Position numbers and translations under genes: made by a program. From positions 1 through 10,346 of the forward strand of contig JBKPAK010000260.1 of NCBI GenBank assembly GCA_046726415.1: a stretch of DNA of 10,346 nucleotides. Direction: 5' to 3'. Position 1 is the first letter of the stretch; the number at the start of each line of letters is the position of its first letter. This document shows, piece by piece, positions 1-6,839 of the stretch. The notes beneath the pieces are model-generated. The model was not told the origin of the DNA and ran no database searches. It was given only the letters and a program-made list of their open reading frames with translations. Source of the stretch: Candidatus Methylomirabilota bacterium. Its GTDB lineage: Bacteria > Methylomirabilota > Methylomirabilia > Rokubacteriales > CSP1-6.

Positions 1-606
1 GCGCGGCTGGCCGAGCGGCTCCGGACCACCGTCGGCCTCGTCCGCCGAGTGCTCGCCCAAACGCGGGCGCGCATTCTCCGGGGCGAGACGCGGTACCCAG
101 ACAAAGTGGTGAGCCTCTTCGAGCCACACACCGAGGTCATCCGCAAGGGCAAGGCGGCCAAGCCCACGGAGTTCGGCAAGCTCGTCAAGATTCAGGAGGC
201 CGAGGCGCAGTTCATCGCCGACTACCAGGTCTGTTCTACACGGGTGCCGGACACCACCCTGTGGGGGCCGGCCCTGGAACGTCACGAGCGGCTCTTCGGC
301 CGGCCGCCGCGCTTGGCGGTCGCCGACGGGGGCTTCGCCTCCCGCGCCAACGAGCAGCTCGCGCGCGAGCGCAATGTGCGTCACGTGGTCCTGCCGCGGC
401 AGCGCCGAGAACGGCATTCGCGGACCGTTCGAGCGGCCTTGGGCTGGCGAACGGGCTCGGAAGGGCGGATCAGCGTGCTGAAGCGCCGGCACGGCCTCGC
501 TGGGTGCCGCTATCGCGGCCTGCTCGGCATGGAGCGATGGGTCGGCTTGGGGATCATCGTCAACGACCTGCTCGTGCTCGGGCGCGCCAGCCCCGTTCAC
601 GGATGA
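1..606 (+). CDS. IS5/ISNCY-like DDE transposase, C-terminal part (5' end outside window)
   Basis: Frame 1 is open from base 1 (ARLAERLRTTVGLVRRVLAQ...) to TGA 604-606. It carries the motifs KVVSLFEPHTEVIRKGKAAKPTEFG, AVADGGF and WRTGSEGRISVLKRRHGL..CRYRG, typical of DDE_Tnp_1-type IS5/ISNCY transposases. Confidence 0.92.
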   Translation, partial: ARLAERLRTTVGLVRRVLAQTRARILRGETRYPDKVVSLFEPHTEVIRKGKAAKPTEFGKLVKIQEAEAQFIADYQVCSTRVPDTTLWGPALERHERLFGRPPRLAVADGGFASRANEQLARERNVRHVVLPRQRRERHSRTVRAALGWRTGSEGRISVLKRRHGLAGCRYRGLLGMERWVGLGIIVNDLLVLGRASPVHG

Positions 607-727
607 CCAGAGATATCGAGCGGCGGTGCAGCGGGAGGATGGGGAAATGAGCCGATCGCGCAGCCGCTTGCATCTTTATCCCGCCTCCCACGATCCTGTC
701 CGCGCTCATTTCTGCACCGGAAAGTAG
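1..727 (+). mobile_element. IS5/ISNCY-like insertion sequence, right portion; probable right end ...TTTCTGCACCGGAAAGTAG followed by CTAG (728-731)
   Basis: The transposase is followed ~120 bp later by a locally AT-richer, terminal-looking sequence and CTAG, a common IS5-group target. The left end is outside the window, so IR and TSD pairing cannot be confirmed. Confidence 0.65.
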
Positions 728-906
728 CTAGCCGTCCTTGCCGTCCACGCGCGGAGCACCATGAGGCGGGAGCGCCGGCGTCGGCTCCTGCTCCATGCGC
801 CGGCGCCGGCCGACACGCGACGGGTGAGCCTGTCGAGCCGAATCCACGTCACCACCGGGTCGGGCTCGCGCGGGAAGTCGCCGGCAGAGACCAGGCGGGG
901 GGTCAT
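706..906 (-). pseudogene. Small hypothetical gene (MTPRLVSAGDFPREPDPVVTWIRLDRLTRRV...), frameshifted and/or abutted by the IS
   Basis: ATG at 906 overlaps the TGA of the upstream gene (ATGA, 903-906). As read, the frame runs into the IS end. An alternative frame (GRRRRMEQEPTPALPPHGAPRVDGKDG*) stops at TAG 730-728, inside the CTAG. Confidence 0.35.
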
Positions 907-1169
907 CTCGACCTCCGCAGCTCGGCTTCGATGATCTCGGTGACAAGCGCTTCAAGACTCTTACTCTCGCGAATAGACCGTGCCGTCAGCCGTTCCGCCA
1001 CGTCACGCAGGAGCGTGATGGTGAGCGTGTAGGCGACCCGCCCGGATGGCGTCGTCGGCCGTTTGGCGGCCGCCTTGCGCGCGACCTCCTCGGGCGGGCT
1101 GCCAGCCCTCTTCGGCGAGAACGCCAGTTCAGGTTGGTCGGTGGCTCGAGCGGGCTGCCGCCTGGCCAC
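903..1169 (-). CDS. Small putative ribbon-helix-helix-like DNA-binding protein (~88 aa)
   Basis: GTG at 1169 lies 5 nt after the upstream stop. The product is MARRQPARATDQPELAF...SGRVAYTLTITLLRDVAERLTARSIRESKSLEALVTEIIEAELRRSR. An alternating beta strand (YTLTITL) followed by two amphipathic helices fits a CopG/Arc-like pattern. This is the 3' part of track ORF 903..1862. Confidence 0.6.
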   Translation of the reverse strand: MARRQPARATDQPELAFSPKRAGSPPEEVARKAAAKRPTTPSGRVAYTLTITLLRDVAERLTARSIRESKSLEALVTEIIEAELRRSR

Positions 1170-1174
1170 CGCGG

Positions 1175-1491
1175 TCAGGTGCTCTCGGTTCGGATCAGCG
1201 CATCGACCGCTGCGTACTGGACAGCGCGCCACGGCGTAGCGTCGTGGCCCTGGCCGAGCCAGTGAGGCACCGGGTTGACGTCGTCTCGGCAGAATTCCGC
1301 CCACCAGACTAACGGTGACCGCGTCAGGCGCACGTCGAAGCCAGATCGTGCATCGACTCGACGACGTGGCCGACACCCGACCAGGAGTCCAGCCAGGCCC
1401 GGAGAATCTGGCCCTCGGGGACGTCGGTGGGTAGGAGGGCGCCGACCAAGGCGGTGGTGAGGAGGGAGCGGCGGAGGGAGGCGTCAGCCAC
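1175..1491 (-). pseudogene. ~105-aa hypothetical protein with WLDSW and TPWRAVQ motifs; one base missing near 1341-1343
   Basis: Manual translation from GTG 1491 gives MADASLRRSLLTTALVGALLPTDVPEGQILRAWLDSWSGVGHVVESMHDL. After a one-base shift it continues GFDVRLTRSPLVWWAEFCRDDVNPVPHWLGQGHDATPWRAVQYAAVDALIRTEST* (TGA 1177-1175). The span is 317 nt, one short of 106 codons. It is absent from the ORF track. Confidence 0.7.
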
Positions 1492-1687
1492 CGGCCGACT
1501 CGCTCATGGCCGCCTCCGCCTGCTCCAGATAGAACCGCATGTCCATCTCGCGGTACATCGTGGTCGCGGTGGTGAGGTGCTCCTGCGCCTGGTCGCGCTT
1601 GCCGGTGCGCGTGCAGAGCCCGCCGAGGTTGAGGTAGCAGGGGGGAACGAGCAGGTGCATGGGGAGCTGATCGGCTGTTGGCGTCAC
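1484..1687 (-). pseudogene. Orphan C-terminal TPR tail of a STAND/TPR protein (67-aa ORF)
   Basis: PMHLLVPPCYLNLGGLCTRTGKRDQAQEHLTTATTMYREMDMRFYLEQAEA aligns with GMRPLVAHCHLGLGKLYLRTGKREEAQEHLTTATTMYREMDMRFYLEQAEA at the end of the 3119-6409 gene. Its GTG overlaps the P450 stop (GTGA). Confidence 0.85.
1510..1660. repeat. Direct repeat copy 1 (TPR-tail DNA)
   Basis: 1510-1590 is identical to 3142-3222 (81 bp, offset 1632). Ungapped but diverged similarity continues to ~1660/3292. Confidence 0.95.
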
Positions 1688-2953
1688 CAGGCGATAGGAA
1701 GCGCGACGGGGCCACGGAAGGCTGCGTTCGGGCGCCAGGTGATGGCTCCGGGGTCCGAGTCCAAGCGAAGGGTTGGCAGACGCGTCGCGAGAAGCTCCAG
1801 CGCCACTCGGCCCTCGAGTCGGGCCAGATTTGCGCCCAGACAGAAGTGCGCCCCGCGCCCAAAGGCTAAGCTCTGGGCGCCGGTTACAGACGGTGAGCGC
1901 GCAATGTCAAAAACGTCCGGGCGGTCGGGGAAAGCTGCCTCGTCGCGGTTGGCTGAGCCATACAGAACTTGCAAGCGTGCACCCTTCGGGATCGGCACCC
2001 CACCCACCCGCACGTCCTCGGTCGCTGTGCGCCACATGCCGCTGACGGAGTTGTCGTAGCGGAGCGTCTCCTCCACGGCTCCGGCTGCCAAGCCTGGAGG
2101 GTCAGCGACCAGCGCATCCCACTGCTCGCGCTGCATTAGCAAATGAAACAGGGCGTGGGCCAGGAGATTCATGGTGGTCTCGTGGCCGGCGGCGACGAGC
2201 CCCATCAAGTGGCCGACCAATTCGCCCGTGCTCAGAGGCTGCTCGCCTTCGATACGGATAGCCACCATTTCCGACACGAGGTCATCACGGGGTTCCTGGC
2301 GCCGGGCATTGATCAACGCGGCACAGTAGCGCTGAAAGTCAACGAAGCCCCGTGCGGCGACCCTATACTCGTCCAGCGGGAGATTGCCCCATTGGACTGC
2401 GAACTTGTCCTCGCTCCACCGATGCAACTGGTCATGGTCCTCGCGCGGAACGCCGATGAGATCCCCTACGACGATCAGGGGGAGGGGGAAGGCGAACCGC
2501 GACACGAACTCTGCTCGGCCGCGGCCCGAGAGCACCATCTGGTCGAGCAGCCCGCTCGCCAAAACGCGAATGCGCGGCTCGAACCCGGCAATTCGTTGGT
2601 TCGTGAACGCCGCATTGGCGAACTTGCGCAACCGGGTGTGCAATGGCGGGTCCGTTGCCAGCAGGGGGGGGCATGGCTTCGAACGCGAACCCTTCGGCCA
2701 GGATGGCCCCTACCTTCGGCGGTGGGGGCGCGAGGGGGCGCGTGGCGCCGGCGTTGCAGAAACGCACCGGGTCGCGGAGTACCGCGCAAATGTCTGCGTG
2801 GCGGGTGACGACCCATGCGTCCAAGGCTGCGCTGTAGAACACTGGGTGTTGGCGCCGCAGTCGCGCCCAGGCCGGGTAGGGATCGTCTCGCAGTGGCGGG
2901 ATAAACGGGTTGTACTCCACTCGACCTCCGCAGGACTCTTCGGCAGTGGCCAT
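1684..2953 (-). pseudogene. Cytochrome P450 (~422 aa if repaired), frameshifted at a C8 homopolymer (plus-strand G8, 2664-2671)
   Basis: ATG at 2953 has an AAGGAG SD 5 nt upstream. The N-terminus reads NPF..PLRDDPYPAWARLRRQHPVFYS...WVVTRHADI. Removing one C gives MPPLLATDPPLHTRLR and joins the 1684..2643 frame, which has I-helix AAGHETT, K-helix EETLR and heme motif FGRGAHFCLG. Confidence 0.93.
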
Positions 2954-2958
2954 ATCCA

Positions 2959-2964
2959 CTCCTT
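2959..2964 (-). promoter_or_regulatory. Shine-Dalgarno (AAGGAG) of the P450 gene
   Basis: Minus strand reads AAGGAG-TGGAT-ATG. Confidence 0.75.
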
Positions 2965-3071
2965 GGAGGTATGCGCCAATGACGGCCCGGGTGCAACCGT
3001 CTCGGCGAGACCGAACGTCATGGATCCCGGTGCGCCGTTGCGATGAGTCGTTGGCGCTAAATCCTTAGAAC

Positions 3072-3100
3072 CCCGGCGGGACAATCCCGCGAACGCCGGG
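3072..3100. other. GC-rich hairpin just downstream of the BTAD gene stop (possible pause or terminator-like element)
   Basis: Inner stem GCGGGA-caa-TCCCGC (3076-3090) and outer arms CCCGGCG/CGCCGGG (3072-3078/3094-3100). There is no good U-tract. Confidence 0.35.
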
Positions 3101-3118
3101 AGCAGCTGATCCCCTGGG

Positions 3119-6100
3119 TCAGTATCCACTGCTGCGCGTCTCCGCCTCCGCCTGCTCCAGATAGAACCGCATGTCCATCTCGCGGTACATCGTGGTCGCG
3201 GTGGTGAGGTGCTCCTGCGCCTCTTCCCGCTTGCCTGTGCGCAGGTAGAGCTTGCCGAGACCGAGGTGGCAGTGGGCGACGAGTGGGCGCATGCCGCGCG
3301 GTTCGGCCAAGGCCAACGCCTGGCGGTAATGGGCCTCGCCGCGCTCGGCGTCGAACCGGTCGGGATGGGTCGCGATGTCGCCGAGCAGATGCAGAGCGTG
3401 GGCGGCGAGCCCGGGCTGAGACCGATTGGCTTCGACCGCCCGGTTGCCCAGGTTCCACGCCTCGTCGAGCCGGCCGAGCAGCAAGCAGGTGCGCCCCAGC
3501 CAGTGGTAGGTCCCGCGGCCGCCCGCACCGGGTCCCGTCGCGTAGAGGCGCTCGATGAGTTGCTCGCTTTCCCGGAGCCGGTTCAGCGCCTCACTGCACT
3601 CGCCGTGCTGGGCCAGGACCCAGGTCGAGGCCGCGAGAGCAGCAAGCAGGTTGACGACGTTCGCCGTCCTGAGCACCGCGATCGCGTGTTCGATCAGTGG
3701 TCGCGCCCGTACCCAATCGCTCCTCTGGAGGTGGAGCGAGCCCGCGGCCGAGTACGCCAGACCGATGGTGTGCGCATGCTGCGTCACCTCTGCGAGCCTG
3801 ATCATCTCGGCTTCATACGGAGCCGCCTCGTCGAATCTGCCAAGATAAGCCAGGCTCAAGACCAGCCAGTGGCGATCGTAAACTGATGCCGGCGCTGCGG
3901 CACCTAACACATGCTCGGAGACCCAGTCGGCGGGCAGGGCCTCGAGGTTCTCGGTCGCCAGCTCGACCGCCCTCTTGTACTCTCCCCGGAAGAAGTGCGC
4001 CTGCTCGAGAAAGCTCGCGGCGAGAATGCGCAGTCTCAAATCCCCGAGGCGCCCCGCGATCTCCAGCGCGCGGCCCCCGTAGGCAAGCCCTTCGTCCAGC
4101 TCGCCGAGTTGGGAGTGGATGTTCGTCATGAACGCGCAGACACGGCCCCGCCGGCTGTCGTCGTTCAACCGCTCGGCGAGGGCCTCCGCCTCGCACAGGC
4201 GCGCCTTGGCCAACCGGATTTCACCGACCCAGCTCAGCACCGTTCGCAGCTCGAGACGGATCTCGAAGGCCTGCTCCAGCGAGGACCGGTTTTCTGGCAG
4301 ATGCGCCAGCGCGGCCAGTGCGCGGTCGAAGCAGGCAAGCGCTTCTCGGTTGGCCGAGCGTTTAGCGGCTCTTGCCCCGGCCCTGCGGAGATGGAGGACG
4401 GCCTGGTCCCAGACCTCGCCCTCAGAGTAATGCTGACCGAGCGCGAGATGATGCGGCTCCAGGTTTCCCGCGTGGAGTGTCGCCAGCGCCTCAGCCACGC
4501 GGCGGTGGAGCACCTTGCGGCGGGGCACGAGGACCCGACTGTACGCCACCTCACGCACCCGATCGTGTGTGAAGTCAAAGCGCTCGTCCACGCTATGCAG
4601 CAAGCGACGGCGTGTCAGCTCCTCGACTCCCCGCGCCACCTCCTCCTCGCCAAGCCCGGAGAGGTGCTGGAGCAGAGCGAACTCGAACTCGCGCCCCACG
4701 ACAGAAGCCTGCGTCACCAGCTCGCGGCTCCGCTCGCAGAGCCGATCGAGCTGGCGGCCAATGATGTCACTGACCCGTTCAGGGAGGGGCAGCCCCTCGA
4801 GCCCGGGGGAGAGCGCGTGCTGGGTGGCCGCCCGAATCGCCTCGACCACGACGAGAGGATTTCCGCCGCTGGCGCGCCACACCTCCTCCTCCAGGCGCGC
4901 CGCCGTCGCTCCGTCACTTCCCGGACGCGAGAGAGCCGCCACGAGATGGAACGTGTCGGTCCGGGACAGTGGTCTGAGCGCCAGTCGGGTCACGTCGGAC
5001 TCGCGCGCCAGCTCGCCAAGCGTCCGGTGAAGCATCGGCGCATCTACCAGCTCCTCCTCGCGCGCCGTCACCATGACTAGGAGGTGCCACGCCTGGAGGC
5101 GGCGGCTGATGAACGCCAGCAGCCTGATGCTCATCTCGTCCGCCCAGTGGAGGTCTTCGAGGATCAGGACCGTCGGCCGCCGGTCGGCGACACGGCTGAG
5201 GAGCAAGCTCACTCCCTCGAAGAGCTGCAGGTAGTCGGGAGGAGCCGCCGACTCGCCATTTCCTGGCCCGAGTTCGGGAAGCAGGCGTCCCAGCTCGCGC
5301 CGCATAGCCAGCGGCAGGGTCTCGAACCATTCTCGGTCCTCCCCCACACGCCCTGCGCGGAACGCGTCCACCCAGGGGCCGAACGGCAAGATCTGCTCGC
5401 TTTCGTGGCAGCGTCCGATCAGCACTCGGGTACTCCCCGCGGGAACCTCTGCTGCCAGTTCCGCGACGAGTCGTGTCTTGCCAACGCCGGCTTCGCCAAC
5501 GAAGGCGACAACACGACCCTGCCCGCTGACGGCCTCCGCGAGCGCCGCTCGCAACCGGGTCATCTCTTGGTCGCGCCCGATGAGAGGCGTGTCCCTGGTG
5601 AAGACAAGGGGCGGGCGCCGGATGCTCGCGAAGGGATCCGACCCTCCTGAAGCCGCTGGCTTGGAGGGCGTCGTGAGGAGTGGTCGGCGAAGGATCTCCT
5701 GGTAGAGCTGCTTGGTCTCTTCCTCCGGCTCGATCCCGAGATCGCGCTGCAGGATGCCCACGCAGAGCTGGTACTGGTGCAGCGCGGCTCCACGCCGGCC
5801 AAGCTGGGCGTAGAGACGCATGAGCGTGCGATGCAGTGGCTCCTGCAGCGGATCGAGCGCGATCAGCCGTAGCCCGGTCTGCAACGCGGCGTCCACCGCG
5901 CCGGCCGCCCGCTGAGCGGCGAGCAATCCAGCGAGGGCCTCGACAGCCAGCTCGCGCAATCGCTCCCGCTCAGCCATCAGCCAGTCCTCGAACGGGGGCT
6001 CTTGCAGTGTGAGGCCGTCGAGTAAGTCACCGCGATAGAGCTCGACGGCCTGCGCAAGCGCCGTCGGTGTCCGCTCGCCCACGAGCCGCTCGAAGCTTAT

Positions 6101-6409
6101 CGCGTCGATGTCGACGACGTCCGGGTTTAGGGCGATGGTCGCGCCCTCGATACGCAGGCAAGCTGGTCGGACCGGCGCCACGGCCTGTCGAAGCGCAAAG
6201 AGCGCCTGGCGCAGGCTGTGGCCGGCGTGGCCCTGCGACAGATCGCCCCAGAGCAAGACGGCCAGTTTGTCGCGCGCGTGCTCCCGTCCCGGGGGGAGGG
6301 CGAGATAGGCGAGCAAGGCCTGGATCTTCTTGGTAGGCAGTGTGAGGGGCGGACCGGCGCCTAATCGCGCCTGAAACCCGCCCAAGAGCGTGAGGGCAAG
6401 CCGCGCCAT
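3119..6409 (-). CDS. SARP/AfsR-like transcriptional regulator: N-terminal wHTH + BTAD, AAA/STAND ATPase, TPR-like C-terminus (1096 aa)
   Basis: ATG at 6409 has SD GAGGAGG (6413-6419). It contains LTLLGGF...ALLAYLAL...RDKLAVLLW (OmpR-like wHTH), LYRGDLL...FEDWL..ERERLR and DPLQEPLHRTLMRLYAQLGRRGAALHQY (BTAD), Walker A GEAGVGKT, Walker B LILEDLHWAD, GGNPL and FTHDRVRE, then helical repeats. Confidence 0.95.
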   Translation of the reverse strand: MARLALTLLGGFQARLGAGPPLTLPTKKIQALLAYLALPPGREHARDKLAVLLWGDLSQGHAGHSLRQALFALRQAVAPVRPACLRIEGATIALNPDVVDIDAISFERLVGERTPTALAQAVELYRGDLLDGLTLQEPPFEDWLMAERERLRELAVEALAGLLAAQRAAGAVDAALQTGLRLIALDPLQEPLHRTLMRLYAQLGRRGAALHQYQLCVGILQRDLGIEPEEETKQLYQEILRRPLLTTPSKPAASGGSDPFASIRRPPLVFTRDTPLIGRDQEMTRLRAALAEAVSGQGRVVAFVGEAGVGKTRLVAELAAEVPAGSTRVLIGRCHESEQILPFGPWVDAFRAGRVGEDREWFETLPLAMRRELGRLLPELGPGNGESAAPPDYLQLFEGVSLLLSRVADRRPTVLILEDLHWADEMSIRLLAFISRRLQAWHLLVMVTAREEELVDAPMLHRTLGELARESDVTRLALRPLSRTDTFHLVAALSRPGSDGATAARLEEEVWRASGGNPLVVVEAIRAATQHALSPGLEGLPLPERVSDIIGRQLDRLCERSRELVTQASVVGREFEFALLQHLSGLGEEEVARGVEELTRRRLLHSVDERFDFTHDRVREVAYSRVLVPRRKVLHRRVAEALATLHAGNLEPHHLALGQHYSEGEVWDQAVLHLRRAGARAAKRSANREALACFDRALAALAHLPENRSSLEQAFEIRLELRTVLSWVGEIRLAKARLCEAEALAERLNDDSRRGRVCAFMTNIHSQLGELDEGLAYGGRALEIAGRLGDLRLRILAASFLEQAHFFRGEYKRAVELATENLEALPADWVSEHVLGAAAPASVYDRHWLVLSLAYLGRFDEAAPYEAEMIRLAEVTQHAHTIGLAYSAAGSLHLQRSDWVRARPLIEHAIAVLRTANVVNLLAALAASTWVLAQHGECSEALNRLRESEQLIERLYATGPGAGGRGTYHWLGRTCLLLGRLDEAWNLGNRAVEANRSQPGLAAHALHLLGDIATHPDRFDAERGEAHYRQALALAEPRGMRPLVAHCHLGLGKLYLRTGKREEAQEHLTTATTMYREMDMRFYLEQAEAETRSSGY
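3142..3292. repeat. Direct repeat copy 2 (3' end of BTAD-AAA-TPR gene)
   Basis: 3142-3222 is identical to 1510-1590, with diverged similarity to ~3292. Confidence 0.95.
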
Positions 6410-6466
6410 AGACCTCCTCGCAGAGAGCACCCTAACCTAGCACCGCCCACCGCCGCACCCAAGAGT

Positions 6467-6485
6467 TCTTGACGCACTTTTGACG
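6467..6485 (+). promoter_or_regulatory. Tandem TYTTGACG direct repeat with 11-bp period; candidate SARP-type operator and/or -35 element
   Basis: TCTTGACG (6467-6474) and TTTTGACG (6478-6485) sit in the AT-richer divergent intergenic region upstream of the BTAD gene. Confidence 0.5.
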
Positions 6486-6568
6486 GTCACCTGGATGGAT
6501 TGATGACGCTCGGCGAGTCACTCTCCGCTGCGAAGCCACCTCGCGCAGCAGGAGTGAGCGGCAAGCCC

Positions 6569-6706
6569 ATGACGTTCATCGTTCGGATCTTCATTGACGA
6601 GGGAGGTGTCATCAGCGGCGTGGTGGAGCAGGTCAGGACAGGCCGGAAGGAATCTATCCACGCGCTCGAGGCGATCAGCCGCGGTCCGGACTCGGAGAGG
6701 TGTTGA
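6569..6706 (+). pseudogene. Small beta-rich hypothetical protein divergent from the BTAD regulator, 3'-truncated by an IS481 end
   Basis: The product is MTFIVRIFIDEGGVISGVVEQVRTGRKESIHALEAISR, and its last residues (GPDSERC*) are read from the IS end beginning at ~6683. The start is uncertain (6503, 6554 or 6569; AGGAG at 6550-6554). Confidence 0.6.
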
Positions 6707-6768
6707 CACTTTTGCATTCCCAGAGTGGATCATGATCTCAGCTTGCCGCCGCGCCCCAGAAGACGTCG
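6683..6768 (-). mobile_element. Remnant right end of an IS481-family element
   Basis: 6684-6728 matches 10216-10260 at 40/45 nt. The minus strand encodes DVFWGAAAS* versus DLFWGAAAVAS* in the right-edge copy. The terminal TGT reads GGT here. Confidence 0.8.
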
Positions 6769-6839
6769 AGCTTCAGGCGTTGTTGGCCGAATCGCTCGAC
6801 GAAAAGGCCCGCGCGCGACGATCGTTCTGACCGGCGACC

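Noticed and set aside
633-689. Imperfect inverted repeat after the transposase stop as a terminator
   Set aside because: It has several mismatches, a large loop and no U-tract.
903-1862. 319-aa minus-strand track ORF as one gene
   Set aside because: The upstream portion is an off-frame read of the P450 end, TPR tail and WLDSW gene. Only the part from ~1169 looks protein-like.
3074-3102. Resemblance of CGGCGGGACAA...CCGGGAG to the guanidine-I (ykkC) riboswitch 3' motif
   Set aside because: The 5' conserved elements are absent, the spacing is wrong, and there is no downstream gene on that strand.
1510-3292. Repeat pair as a diversity-generating retroelement TR/VR
   Set aside because: Mismatches in the diverged part involve all bases rather than only adenines on one strand, and there is no reverse transcriptase in the window.
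2143-5705. Long plus-strand ORFs (e.g. 2143..2808, 3209..3886, 3911..5080, 5084..5650)
   Set aside because: They are antisense shadows of the P450 and BTAD genes, expected in high-GC DNA, and have no recognisable motifs.
6732-6830. Plus-strand peptides MISACRRAPEDV / MELARHRRGAPEEV as a conserved leader peptide
   Set aside because: The in-frame conservation is explained by the transposase C-terminus (FWGAAA..S*) encoded on the opposite strand.
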